64,000 bases of DNA from Thermoplasmata archaeon (lineage in GTDB: Archaea > Thermoplasmatota > Thermoplasmata > Lutacidiplasmatales > UBA184). Positions within the stretch are counted from its first letter, which is position 1. Each line of letters begins with the position of its first letter. Where the stretch lies: positions 2,309-66,308 of the forward strand of contig JASHPK010000010.1 of assembly GCA_030038095.1 (NCBI GenBank), given 5' to 3'. A program made the translations under genes and the position numbers. Positions 27,100-36,494 of this stretch are shown here, piece by piece. The notes beneath the pieces are model-generated. The model ran no database searches. It had not been told where the DNA came from and was given only the letters and a program-made list of their open reading frames with translations.

Positions 27100-28250
27100 C
27101 GGGCGGGGGTCCCCTCCGGACCGGGCGGGGGCGCGACCGCGCGCTCGGGGCGTGGCAGGTACGGCTCGATCGGGATCGCGGGCACCCGCCCGAGGAACGC
27201 GTCGACGACCAGGTGCGCCGTTCCGAGGGCCTCCGTGACGCCGAGGCCCTCGTGGCCCGCAGCGACGAAGAGCCCGGGGGCGCCGGGCATCGGGCCGATC
27301 CACGGCAGGTGGTCGGGCGTCGCGGGCCGGAATCCGGTGCGCGCGCCGGTCACGGGCCAGTCCGCGAGCGCGGGCGCGTACTCCCGCACCCGGCCGAGCA
27401 GCCGTTCCACGACCGCCGGATCGACGCGGGGGTCGTCGCCGGCCCACTCTCGGGACGCCCCGACGAGCACCGAGCCATCCGCCCGGGGATGCAGGTTGAG
27501 GGCGATCGACACGGGGTCCGGCGACCGGATCCCCGCGCCGTACCCGAGCTCCACGATTTGGTGGCGGACTCGGCCGCGGCCCCCGGCGAGCCGCACGAGA
27601 TGGCCCTTGCGCGGTACGATCGGCAGCCCGGGGCTCAGCTCGGGGGCCCGCACGCCCGCGGCGTTGACGACCCCCCGAGCCCGAAGCTGGAGCTCCTCCC
27701 CCGCCTCGATCCCTCCGGGACGGATCGCGCGAACGCGTGTCCCGGTCCACACGCGGCCGCCCTTCTCGCGCACGACCTCGAGCAGGTGGCGGGTCGCCGC
27801 GGCGGGATCGACGAGGAGGTCCTCGGGGACGAGGAGGGCCCCGGCGAGCCCTTCGCGGAGCATCGGCTCCATCAGGACGAGCTCCTCGGAGTCCAGGATC
27901 TCTGCGGGGATCCCCGCCCGGTGGAACCGCTCGGCCTTCGCCTCGGCCGTTGCGAGCTCCGCGCCGGACCGGGCGACCCAGAGGGTCCCGGAGCTCCGGA
28001 ACCCGGCGCCCGGGGGCAGCCGCGGGCCCAGCTCCGCCCAGCATCGCTGCGAGTAGCGGGTGAGCACGAGCTCCTCGGGCGAGCCGTCCAGGGCCACGAT
28101 GTGCCCCATGCCGGCGGAGGTCGTGCCGGCGGCGGGCTCTCCCGCCTCCACGACGCCGACGCGCAGTCCCTCCTCGACGGCGCGGTACGCGCACGCGGCT
28201 CCGACGATCCCGGCGCCGACGATGGCGAGATCGACTTCGAGCTCCGTCAC
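27096..28250 (-). CDS. FAD-dependent D-amino-acid-oxidase-family dehydrogenase; candidate D-hydroxyproline/D-proline dehydrogenase
   Basis: N-terminal GxGxxG (DLAIVGAGIVGAACAYRA). The DAO family carries a C-terminal GHEGLG-type motif, and here it is AAGHEGLGVT. The start was chosen at the GTG giving VTELEVDL, which overlaps the racemase stop. Confidence 0.78.
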   Translation of the reverse strand: MTELEVDLAIVGAGIVGAACAYRAVEEGLRVGVVEAGEPAAGTTSAGMGHIVALDGSPEELVLTRYSQRCWAELGPRLPPGAGFRSSGTLWVARSGAELATAEAKAERFHRAGIPAEILDSEELVLMEPMLREGLAGALLVPEDLLVDPAAATRHLLEVVREKGGRVWTGTRVRAIRPGGIEAGEELQLRARGVVNAAGVRAPELSPGLPIVPRKGHLVRLAGGRGRVRHQIVELGYGAGIRSPDPVSIALNLHPRADGSVLVGASREWAGDDPRVDPAVVERLLGRVREYAPALADWPVTGARTGFRPATPDHLPWIGPMPGAPGLFVAAGHEGLGVTEALGTAHLVVDAFLGRVPAIPIEPYLPRPERAVAPPPGPEGTPAR

Positions 28251-29245
28251 GGGAGGAGCCCCTCGCGGAACGGGTCGTCGGGGTCGAAGACGAGCTCGGA
28301 GTCGGCGACCACGAAGGCCCGGCCGCGGATGCTCGGGCGCACGGCCGGACCCTCCCAGACCGCCGACCCCTCGAAGACGGTGCCGAGGATCCCCTCCTGG
28401 CGCCAGACCTCTCCCGGGCCGAGCCGACCGTCCGCGAGCAGGCACGCGAGCTTCGCGCTCGTGCCGGTCCCGCACGGCGATCGGTCGAAGATCCCGCCGG
28501 GACACAGGACGAAGTTGCGCGCGTGGTTGTGCCGGTCGGCGGGGGGTCCCGAGATCTCGATATGGTCGATCCGGGCCCCGTCCGCCCCCGTGACCCCGTC
28601 GCGCTCGAGGGCCGCCCGGACCCGGAGCGTGAACTCCGTGAGCGCCCTCTCGTTCTCGAGCGTGAGCGCGGTCGGGGGGCCGTCGGTCAGGAAGAACCAG
28701 TTGCCGCCGTACGCGATGTCCCCGACGACGGTCCCGTGCCCCGGGACCTCGACCGGGACCGCCGCCCGATACCGGTAGCTCGCGACGTTGCGGACGGTGA
28801 CCGGCCCCGACGGATCGAGGACCGTGTCCACCGTTCCGACGGGGGTCTCGATCGCGTGCAGCCCGGGCCGGATTCGGCCGAGGTGGGCGAGGGTGGTCAC
28901 GAGGCCGATCGTCCCGTGGCCGCACATTCCGAGGTAGCCCGCGTTGTTGAAGAAGATCGTCGCGGCGGCCGACCCGGGAGCCTCGGGCGGTACCAGGAGG
29001 GCCCCGACGAGCACTTCCGAGCCGCGGGGCTCGCTCACGAGCGCGCGGCGGAAGGCGTCGTGGTCCCGGCGGAACCGCTCGCGCCGCTCGGCGAGGGGCC
29101 CGCGGCCGAGCTCCGGTCCTCCCGCGACGACGACGCGGGTCGGCTCGCCTTCGGTGTGGGAGTCGATGACGCGCACGCGTCGGGTCGCCGACCGGGCCGG
29201 GACGCCGCTCACCATCTCCGATGCAGGGGGCGCAGCACGATCCAT
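28247..29245 (-). CDS. Proline racemase / 4-hydroxyproline 2-epimerase family enzyme (both catalytic Cys present)
   Basis: IDSHTEGEPTRVV N-terminus, first catalytic Cys in GMCGHG and second in DRSPCGTGTSA. The start was chosen at MDRAA (29245); an alternative is MVSG at 29215. The longer 372-aa version would overlap the S53 peptidase gene. Confidence 0.8.
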   Translation of the reverse strand: MDRAAPPASEMVSGVPARSATRRVRVIDSHTEGEPTRVVVAGGPELGRGPLAERRERFRRDHDAFRRALVSEPRGSEVLVGALLVPPEAPGSAAATIFFNNAGYLGMCGHGTIGLVTTLAHLGRIRPGLHAIETPVGTVDTVLDPSGPVTVRNVASYRYRAAVPVEVPGHGTVVGDIAYGGNWFFLTDGPPTALTLENERALTEFTLRVRAALERDGVTGADGARIDHIEISGPPADRHNHARNFVLCPGGIFDRSPCGTGTSAKLACLLADGRLGPGEVWRQEGILGTVFEGSAVWEGPAVRPSIRGRAFVVADSELVFDPDDPFREGLLP

Positions 29246-29285
29246 CGCTCCAAGAGAGTTTCGCTGTCCGGCGACGAGCGGTCCC

Positions 29286-30899
29286 TCACGAGGCGCCGGG
29301 GGTCCCCTTCGAGAACGACGCGAGGAGCGCCGAGCCGTCCGGGCTCCCGAGCCCGGTGCACGCACTCCACCCGGTCCCCGCGGAGTACCCCCCGTTATTC
29401 CCCGAAGTGATGTCGTGGAGGTCCGGCGCGTCCGTGTACAGCTGCGGATTCACGTACCCGAGGGGCGTTCCGAGCGACTGATTGATCCGGGCGACGAGGG
29501 CCGCCCAGAGGGGGGCGACCGCGCTCGTGCCGCCCACGACCGTGGCTCCGCCGTCGATCACGACCTCGTAGCCGGTGGCCGGGTCCGCGTCGCCGGCCAC
29601 GTCCGGCACCCCGCGACCGGCGTACCCGTTGGGGGCGGCGGGCACGTGCGCGGACGCCTGGTAGCTCGGGAGCGGGAAGAGCTCGCTCACGCCACCCCCG
29701 GTCGCCCCGCCGCCCTCCGCGAGGTCGTTCCAGACGACCTCGCTCTCGATCGTGTCCCCCTCGAGTACGAGGTGCGTCCCTCCGCAGGCGACCACCCCGG
29801 GGTCCGAGGCGGGGAAGTCGACGGTCGGAGCGCCGCTCGAGACCCCGTCGCTCGCTCCGGCATCCCCGGCCGCCACGAGGACGGTGACGCCCAGGGTGGC
29901 CGCCTCCTGGAACGCGGCGGCGAAGGCCGAGCGCGCCTGGGCGGTCCAGGAGGGTTCCGGCCCCCCCCAGCTGATCGACAGGACGGTCGGTCGTGCGTCG
30001 GGGTCGTGGATCGCGGTCGTCACCGCATTGAGGAACCCCTGATCGGTGTTCGGCGCGAAGTAGACGGTGATGCGGCTCCCGGGGGCGAGCGCGCCGACGA
30101 CCTCGATGTCCAGTTCGACCTCGCCATCCGGACCGTCCGGGTCGCCGGTGGGCGCGTTCGACGCACCGTCCACCCCGACCGCGGCGACCGCGGGCACGGC
30201 GAGGCCGAGCGTCTGGAAGAACGTGGCGAGATCGGACGCGGAGTACCCCCCGCCGAGCTCGACGATCGCGATCGACTGCCCCGAGCCGTCGAGCCCGTTC
30301 GGGAACCCGTACGCCTGACCGATCTCCACCGGCGTGTAGCTCAGGTCGGAGTCGGCGGGCGTCGTCCGACGTCGGAAGTGCGGTCGGGCCTGCGGGCGGT
30401 TGTCGAGGCCGAAGACGCCCACCACCGTCTCCGCGAGCTCCGCAGGGAGCTCGACCGGTCCGACTCGGCCGCGGTAAGCACCGCCCGGATACTCGTAGCG
30501 CGCGAGCTCGACCCCGAACGCGGAGGCGAGCGCGCGGACCGATCCGCAGAGCTGGACGGAGCGCCGCGCCGGGTGGACCGAGACCACCCGCAGGGAATGC
30601 GCGGCCGCGAACGCTCGGACGGCCGCCACGTCGCTCTCGCGAGCCCCGTGGACTCGGGCAAACTCCTCTCGCGTGGGGTACCGTCGCTGGTGCGGGGACC
30701 GGGCGCCGATCTCCTCCAGGGTCGGCAGCGCGCCGGGAGGGGAGCCGCGGCGGAGAAGGAGGGTCACGACGAGGATTTCCTCCGGGTCCGAAGGTCCGAC
30801 CCGACGCGCGCCCTCGAGCGGGGTACGGGCGCTCGACCCGAGCTCGCGGCCATGCTGCGCTCCGGCTGCCATCGTTCCGTCCGGGGTCGCGGGACCCAA
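29286..30899 (-). CDS. Sedolisin/kumamolisin-family (S53) serine-carboxyl peptidase with an N-terminal pro-kumamolisin activation domain
   Basis: Pro-domain (PTREEFARVHGARESDVAAVRAFAAAHSLRV). Catalytic Ser motif GGTSAVAPLWAAL. Acidic catalytic residues are in IVELGGGYS/VAAGDAG contexts. Confidence 0.75.
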   Translation of the reverse strand: MGPATPDGTMAAGAQHGRELGSSARTPLEGARRVGPSDPEEILVVTLLLRRGSPPGALPTLEEIGARSPHQRRYPTREEFARVHGARESDVAAVRAFAAAHSLRVVSVHPARRSVQLCGSVRALASAFGVELARYEYPGGAYRGRVGPVELPAELAETVVGVFGLDNRPQARPHFRRRTTPADSDLSYTPVEIGQAYGFPNGLDGSGQSIAIVELGGGYSASDLATFFQTLGLAVPAVAAVGVDGASNAPTGDPDGPDGEVELDIEVVGALAPGSRITVYFAPNTDQGFLNAVTTAIHDPDARPTVLSISWGGPEPSWTAQARSAFAAAFQEAATLGVTVLVAAGDAGASDGVSSGAPTVDFPASDPGVVACGGTHLVLEGDTIESEVVWNDLAEGGGATGGGVSELFPLPSYQASAHVPAAPNGYAGRGVPDVAGDADPATGYEVVIDGGATVVGGTSAVAPLWAALVARINQSLGTPLGYVNPQLYTDAPDLHDITSGNNGGYSAGTGWSACTGLGSPDGSALLASFSKGTPGAS

Positions 30900-30950
30900 G
30901 AACGACCGGAGAGGTCGTCGGGGTCATTAAGGTGGCAACCGGACCCCACG

Positions 30951-31844
30951 TCAGGGTGGCGGGCCCCGGCGTTCCAGCGCCGTGGCGAGGGCGAAGTACG
31001 CCTCGGGCGGAAGGTCCTCGGGACGCCGGTGCCGCCAGTCCGAGGGCCACCGCGCGGCCCGGGCGAGCGCCTCCGCGTCGGCGCGCGAGGGGGCGAGCCG
31101 GGGCAACAGGTTCGCGAGCTGCTTCCGTCGGGACGAGAAGAGCCCCTTCACGGCGCGTTCCAGGCGCGGGACGGAAGGGACCGGGAGCGGGCCCGTGCGG
31201 GCGACGTGGACCCCGATCCGGCTCTCGACCTTCGGCGGCGGGGAGAACGCGTTCTCCGGCACCGTGCGGAACAGCTCGACCGTGCCGTAGAGCGCGGCGA
31301 GGATCGACGTCCGGCCGTACTCCTTCGAGCCCGGACCGGCGGCCAGGCGTTCCGCGACCTCGCGCTGGACGAGAAAGACGATCCGAGGCACCCGCGCCGC
31401 GAACAGGCGGAGGAGGATCGGCGTCGCGACCGAGTAGGGAAGATTGCCGACGACGCAGTCGGCCGGCGGCAGCTCGATCTCGAGCGCGTCGCCGACTAGG
31501 ACCCGGATCCGTTCGCCGAAGGCGTCCCGCAGGAACCCTGCGAGCCGGGGGTCGCGTTCGACGACCGTCAGGGGCTCGAAGCCCCGGCGCACGAGGGCGG
31601 CGGTGAGCACCCCGAGCCCGCCGCCGATCTCGACGACCGGCCGGCCCGGAGGGACCCCGACGAGCGCGGCCTCGGCGTCCGCGATGAACGGGTTCGCGAG
31701 GAACGACTGGCCGAGCGCCTTCGAAGGAACGACCCCGAGCGTCGCGAGCGCGGCACGGATCTCGTCGGCGCGCGCGGGGACGGTCGGGACGATCGCCCGA
31801 GACGCCTCACGGGGCGACGAAGAGCCGGTACTTGTCCTCGACAC
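30951..31844 (-). CDS. ksgA: 16S rRNA (adenine1518/1519-N6)-dimethyltransferase KsgA/Dim1
   Basis: LGQSFL, VVEIGGGLGVLT (SAM site) and NLPY motifs. The true start is probably internal, roughly 25 codons in. Confidence 0.85.
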   Translation of the reverse strand: MSRTSTGSSSPREASRAIVPTVPARADEIRAALATLGVVPSKALGQSFLANPFIADAEAALVGVPPGRPVVEIGGGLGVLTAALVRRGFEPLTVVERDPRLAGFLRDAFGERIRVLVGDALEIELPPADCVVGNLPYSVATPILLRLFAARVPRIVFLVQREVAERLAAGPGSKEYGRTSILAALYGTVELFRTVPENAFSPPPKVESRIGVHVARTGPLPVPSVPRLERAVKGLFSSRRKQLANLLPRLAPSRADAEALARAARWPSDWRHRRPEDLPPEAYFALATALERRGPPP

Positions 31845-32352
31845 CGCTCAGCTCCTGCTCGATCCGGCCCACGATGAGCTTCTCGGGGCTCTTCAGGTGC
31901 AGGCGGGCCTCGATCTCCTCGAAGCTCTGGAACGGCGCCCGGCGGCGCTCGTCGACGATCTGCTGCATCGTCTTCTTCCCGATCCCGGGGAGGAGCTCGA
32001 GCAAGTGGAACCGACGTGAGACCGCGGGCGACTCGTTGAAGAAGCGGAGGTACCGGGGCGCGTTCGCCCGCACGATCCGCTCGAGGGACGCCGTGAGCTC
32101 GGAGCGGCCGGTGACGGTGAGCTCGTCGTAGGCGATCCGCCGCCGGACGTGATCGATCGGCGGAGGGGCCCCCGAGATCGGAACGAGCGGGATCCGCTGG
32201 CCGGTCGCGAACTTGGCGCCGGGCTTCGGCACGAGCTCGAAGAGCTTGAGCTCGTCCTCACCGATCGCGAGCGCGAGGGCCTCGCGATGGAAGCCGCGCT
32301 CGGTCTGCCGACCGTTCGGCAGGTAATCGAGAATGTACGCGTAGCTCTCCAC
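31807..32352 (-). CDS. COG1491/DUF655-family predicted nucleic-acid-binding protein (OB fold plus HhH), a conserved archaeal neighbour of ksgA/rpoF
   Basis: HhH motif LLELLPGIGKKTMQQIV. The conserved gene order L21e-RpoF-COG1491-KsgA is reproduced here. Confidence 0.6.
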   Translation of the reverse strand: MESYAYILDYLPNGRQTERGFHREALALAIGEDELKLFELVPKPGAKFATGQRIPLVPISGAPPPIDHVRRRIAYDELTVTGRSELTASLERIVRANAPRYLRFFNESPAVSRRFHLLELLPGIGKKTMQQIVDERRRAPFQSFEEIEARLHLKSPEKLIVGRIEQELSGVEDKYRLFVAP

Positions 32353-32367
32353 GGGGCGCCTCCTCGC

Positions 32368-32682
32368 TCATCGATACTGGGCCACGATCTCGAGGAGACG
32401 GGTGATCTGCGCCTCGTCGAGCGCGACCCGCTCCTTCGAGAACAGTAGCCGGATCTCCTCGGGGTACTGCGGCAGGATGTCGGCGAGCTTCACCGCGACC
32501 GCGGCGTCGACGAACGGGAGGGTGCGGAGCTCGTCGATCAGCTTCTGGGTCTCCGCGCTGCTCAGTCGGGCGATCCCCTCCGCATGCTGGAGGGCGAGCC
32601 CGGCCTCGCGCGGGAGGGTCCGGTGGGTCGCCTCCTCCGTGAGGAGGTCCTTCACGCGCGCGAGGGGGACCGGTTCAGGCAT
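32368..32682 (-). CDS. rpoF: DNA-directed RNA polymerase subunit F (Rpb4 family)
   Basis: 104-aa acidic helical protein sitting between rpl21e and COG1491, as in other archaea. Confidence 0.6.
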   Translation of the reverse strand: MPEPVPLARVKDLLTEEATHRTLPREAGLALQHAEGIARLSSAETQKLIDELRTLPFVDAAVAVKLADILPQYPEEIRLLFSKERVALDEAQITRLLEIVAQYR

Positions 32683-32989
32683 GGGCGGCCTCGGGCTTCG
32701 ATACGGGGACGAGATGGATCGGCAGCGCGACGAGCTCCTTGCGCTTCCCGCCGTCGAGGAACTCGACCCGGTAGGCCCGGCCCGTCTGCCCGATCACGGT
32801 GCAGACCCGCCCCTGGTAGCGCGGGTGGGGCTGGCCGTGCGGGGTCGACGGCTCGATCACGACCATCACCTGGTCGCCCGGCGCGAACGAGCGGAGGAAC
32901 CGGGTCACGGGCGGGAGCCCGCGCTCGCGGACCTCCTTCGTGAACGTCCCGCGCGAGCGGGAACGGAATCCCTTCGAGCTCTTGACCAT
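32675..32989 (-). CDS. rpl21e: 50S ribosomal protein L21e
   Basis: Typical L21e (MVKSSKGFRSRSRGTFTK...GDQVMVVIEPS...RYQGRVCTVIGQTGRAYRVEF). Confidence 0.85.
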   Translation of the reverse strand: MVKSSKGFRSRSRGTFTKEVRERGLPPVTRFLRSFAPGDQVMVVIEPSTPHGQPHPRYQGRVCTVIGQTGRAYRVEFLDGGKRKELVALPIHLVPVSKPEAAHA

Positions 32990-34242
32990 CTACGTGACCT
33001 CCGAATCGTGGATCTCGAGAACGTCGAGGAAGTCGACCCTCAGCGGGGTCCCGACGAGGGTGGCGAGGCTCGGGTCGGTGCGTCCGCCATCTCCCTCCAC
33101 CCACTCCTTGACGTAAGTACCGGCCTCGGTCCTCACTTCGAGCGTGAACCGACCGTCGGACGCCTCGGCGAGCCGTGCCGCGACGACCCGACGCGTGCGA
33201 ACGCGGTCGGAGCGTCGGTGCGCGACCCGGGTCGGCGTGCGCTGGGCGATCGCTCGGCCCACGGCGAGGGTCAGGGCCTCATTAACCTTTGCCACCGGGA
33301 CATCGCCGATCACGCCGACGCGGTAGCTCTTCTCGGGGTTCGCCTCCTTCACCCGGACGACGTCGGCGGCGGACGCCGGGCGCAGCCCGTCGACCTCGAC
33401 CCGCCCCGGGGCGCCCGATCGGATCGCGGCTTCGGCCGCGGCGAGGTCGACCGTACGGACGTGGGGGCGCAGGAGCTCGATCACGAACGGCCGCCCCCGG
33501 CCCAGCATCCGCGCGTCGATGTCCTCCCGGCCCATCCCGTGGAAGCGGGTGCCTTCGGCCTCCGTGGCGGCGAGGAGCGGGCCGCCGACGAGCTCCTCGA
33601 CGCTCGTCGGGTACGTCTTGCCCGACCCGCCGCACCGGTCGCACCCGCGGCCGCGGCAGCGGCGGCACGGCCACTTGGTCTGAGGGAGCGTGCGATCGAG
33701 CTTGCGGTACCGCCCCTCGAAGTAGACCGGGAGCACGGTCGTCTCGACCCGGCCGACCGGAAGGTCCGCGAGGAAGACGAGGTCCGGTGACTGGGGACCG
33801 CCCTCCGCCCCCGAACGGGCCGCGAGCCGTTTCCCGAGCTCGCGATTGAAGGCGGAGCGGGCGCTCTCCCCCCATTCGGTCCCGACCTCGGTCCAGAGGG
33901 CCTCCTCTCGAGCGAGCCGCTCGGGGTCCCAGCGCGAGCCGCAGGTGAAGTGGTGCCATTCGTACCCCTCCGCGGCCCGCATGGCCCGGTCGACCCAGAC
34001 CGGGAGGCGTTCGAAGGCCCCCTGGCAGACGGTGCAGGCCCCGGCGGGCGGGGAGAGCGAGACGCCGAGCCGGGCGGCGAGGCGCTCCGCCCGCTCCGGG
34101 TTCGTCAGGCCGTGGCCGAGGCGGCCGAACAGTCGGCCGAAGCACTCGGCGCAGAGGGGGTTCCCGAGCGCCCGCCGGGCCGCGGCGATCGCCCCCTCGG
34201 GCGGCTCGAACGGCGCCGGCGCGGACACAGGCACGACGACCC
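32990..34242 (-). CDS. pus10: tRNA pseudouridine(54/55) synthase Pus10
   Basis: N-terminal zinc ribbon (LCAECFGRLFG...CTVCQG), a THUMP-like middle region and catalytic motif GREDIDARMLGRGRPFV. The start was set at the first GTG (VAVRVVVPV). The supplied 866-aa ORF is a composite that runs upstream through non-coding or antisense sequence. Confidence 0.75.
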
Positions 34243-34327
34243 GCACCGCCACTAAACGCTGATGGACTCCCGGCGACCCGGGTCGCGCACACCTTTTCTT
34301 GAGTGGAGCCCTAGCCCCCCGGCGCGC

Positions 34328-34732
34328 ATGGCGTCGATCACCGAGCAGGAGCTCACCCGGGCGATCGAACGCACGCTCGTCGCCCACGGGAAGGTGCCGC
34401 TGGCCGAGGCACGACCGATCGCCCGCATGGTGCTCGGCTACTTCGGCCTCGACGACAGCGTCCTCGACAACAAGCTCTCGAGCGAGGACCGGGACCGGTT
34501 CTACCAGCTCGAGGAGGAGGGGCTCTTGACGAGCGAGGAGGAGGACGCGACCGTCTCGCGGGGGAAGACCTGGCGCATCCACTACTGGCTGCTCAAGAAG
34601 GCCCGCATCCGCGACGTCGGCCAGGCCGGTGAGGCGCCGCCGCCGGACGAGGCCGAGGCCGTCTACCGCTCCATCGGCGAGTCGGCTTGGCAGCGGCGCG
34701 CCGACGCGAAGCCGCCTCCGCCCGAGCCCTAG
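34328..34732 (+). CDS. Hypothetical small protein (134 aa)
   Basis: Strong GC3 bias from MASITEQELTRAIERTL onward. No family recognised. The earlier ATG at 34262 lies in lower-quality sequence. Confidence 0.4.
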   Translation: MASITEQELTRAIERTLVAHGKVPLAEARPIARMVLGYFGLDDSVLDNKLSSEDRDRFYQLEEEGLLTSEEEDATVSRGKTWRIHYWLLKKARIRDVGQAGEAPPPDEAEAVYRSIGESAWQRRADAKPPPPEP

Positions 34733-35583
34733 CTCGATCCCGGGGGGGGCCGCGGCGGACGGGCCGGGGCGGGCTGGAACCGCCGGGCGCCCCCGAGGAG
34801 CGCCGGGTAGTCCGACGACTGGATGACCGAACGGACGTGCTCGATCGCTCCGAACGCGAAACCGATCGCGGCGAAGAGACCGATGTACGCCGCCGCGTTC
34901 GCCGCGAACGTCCCGAGCCCGAGCACCGCGACGATCACCGAGAGCGAGGCGAGGACGTTGAAGCTCGCGTGCATCGCGACGGCGAGCAGGTAGTACGACC
35001 CGCTGCCCGGTCCGGGCACGCCGAACTTCGAGCGGGCGTACCCGTAGCCGAACATGCCGGTCGAGCTCCCGTGCAGCACGACGCTCGAGACGCTCCGCAC
35101 GAGGATGAGCGCGATCCCGGCCACGAGGCCGCCGACCAGGAAGGCCCCGAGCCCGTAGAGGAACGTCTCGAAGAAGCCGAATCCGAGGCCGACCGAGGCG
35201 CCGAAGACCGGCCCGTCCGCGAGCCGCGTGATCTGGGCGCGGTGTGCGGCGACCCCGCTCGCCTTCAGCGCCTCCTCGATGAACGGCGCCACGATGAGGA
35301 CGAGGAAGAACGTCCCCCACGTCGAGTTCGAGTTGAGGAACACGAACTCGGGCGCGGGGTACTTCTGGCTGACGGCGGTCCCCAGCGCGAGGATGAGCCC
35401 CTCGAGGATCGCGGCGGTGAAGGTCGCGAAGATCGCGCCGTAGACGAACGCGCGCAACAGGGGGCCCCACGCCTCGCGGCGAAAGCTCTCCGTGCGGCGG
35501 ACCCAGGTGAGGTAGATCAGCGCCGGGACCAGCGAGACCAGGATCAGGATGAACAGGTCGAGCAGCCCGTCCACGACGTTCAT
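34729..35583 (-). CDS. PrsW-like intramembrane metalloprotease family membrane protein
   Basis: Polytopic protein with EExxK (APFIEEALKASG), FxxxE-like (FETFLYG) and HxxxN (AMHASFNVLAS) motifs, typical of PrsW/CPBP-type proteases. Confidence 0.5.
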   Translation of the reverse strand: MNVVDGLLDLFILILVSLVPALIYLTWVRRTESFRREAWGPLLRAFVYGAIFATFTAAILEGLILALGTAVSQKYPAPEFVFLNSNSTWGTFFLVLIVAPFIEEALKASGVAAHRAQITRLADGPVFGASVGLGFGFFETFLYGLGAFLVGGLVAGIALILVRSVSSVVLHGSSTGMFGYGYARSKFGVPGPGSGSYYLLAVAMHASFNVLASLSVIVAVLGLGTFAANAAAYIGLFAAIGFAFGAIEHVRSVIQSSDYPALLGGARRFQPAPARPPRPPPGSS

Positions 35584-35586
35584 CGT

Positions 35587-36450
35587 TCACCCCGCGTCCG
35601 CCGGAGGGTACACGTAGAACCCCTCGCCGCTCTTACGTCCGAGCTTCTTCGCCGCGACCATCGTCCGCAGCAGCGGGCAGGCGCGGTACCGCGGGTCCCG
35701 GAAGCCGTCCCACAGGACGTCGAGGATCGCCACCGCGGTATCGATCCCGACGAGATCGACCAGCTCGAACGGCCCCATCGGGTGGTGGAAGCCGAGCTTG
35801 TACGCGGTGTCGATGTCCTCCTTCGTCGCGACGCCCTCGTAGAGCATCCAGGCGGCCTCGTTGACGAGCACGGCGAGGGCCCGGGTCGTCACGAACCCCG
35901 GGGTGTCGGCGCTCGCGACGACGGTCTTGCCGAGGCTCGCCGCGAACGAACGCGCGGCCTCGACGACCTCGGGCCGGGTCCGGTGGCCCGGGATCAGCTC
36001 GACGAGCGGCATCTGGAGGACCGGGTTGAAGAAGTGGATCCCGACCGCGCGTCCCGGGTCCTTCAGGTCCTGGGCGATCGCGGTGATCGGGAGCGACGAG
36101 GTGTTCGACGCGAGGATCGCGCTCGGGCTCGCCGCCTCCTCGAGCTCGGAGAAGAGCCGGCGCTTGAGCGCCAGGTCCTCGGGCGCCGCCTCGACGATCA
36201 CCTGGGCCGAGTCCGCGCGCCTTAGGCCGATCGCGATCTCGATCCGCTCGAGGGCCGACTCCCGGTCCGCGGGGGCGATCTTCTTGCGCGCGACCGCGTG
36301 CTCGAGCGCGCGGGTCGCGTTCGCCAGGCCCCGGCGCGCGAGCTCCTCGGTGATGTCCTCGAGGGTCACGGGGTAACCGGCGAGCGCGCACTGGGCCGCG
36401 ATCCCGCTGCCCATGATCCCCGAGCCGACCACGAAGACCCGGCGCCGCAC
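35587..36450 (-). CDS. hbd: 3-hydroxyacyl-CoA (3-hydroxybutyryl-CoA) dehydrogenase
   Basis: VFVVGSGIMGSGIAAQ Rossmann N-terminus and NTSSLPIT/IHFFNPV motifs. The start was set at the GTG giving VRRRVFVV. The 479-aa ORF is a composite. Confidence 0.85.
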   Translation of the reverse strand: MRRRVFVVGSGIMGSGIAAQCALAGYPVTLEDITEELARRGLANATRALEHAVARKKIAPADRESALERIEIAIGLRRADSAQVIVEAAPEDLALKRRLFSELEEAASPSAILASNTSSLPITAIAQDLKDPGRAVGIHFFNPVLQMPLVELIPGHRTRPEVVEAARSFAASLGKTVVASADTPGFVTTRALAVLVNEAAWMLYEGVATKEDIDTAYKLGFHHPMGPFELVDLVGIDTAVAILDVLWDGFRDPRYRACPLLRTMVAAKKLGRKSGEGFYVYPPADAG

Positions 36451-36494
36451 GGACGCCCGGGGGTCGCTCGCCCCGGGGTCCTCGACGTCGATCG

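Noticed and set aside
26152-28194. Treating the 680-aa ORF as a single fusion protein
   Set aside because: Only the C-terminal 315 aa align to the DapA family. The N-terminal 365 codons overlap the FAD dehydrogenase gene in another frame and are Arg/Gly-rich.
28944-31499. 851-aa + strand ORF and 551-aa minus ORF over the S53 peptidase/ksgA region
   Set aside because: Low-complexity Arg/Gly/Asp-rich products overlapping well-supported genes.
32990-35590. 866-aa ORF as one protein
   Set aside because: Domains (Pus10) occupy only the C-terminal ~417 aa. The rest overlaps the PrsW-like gene (34729..35583) in a different frame and a plus-strand small gene.
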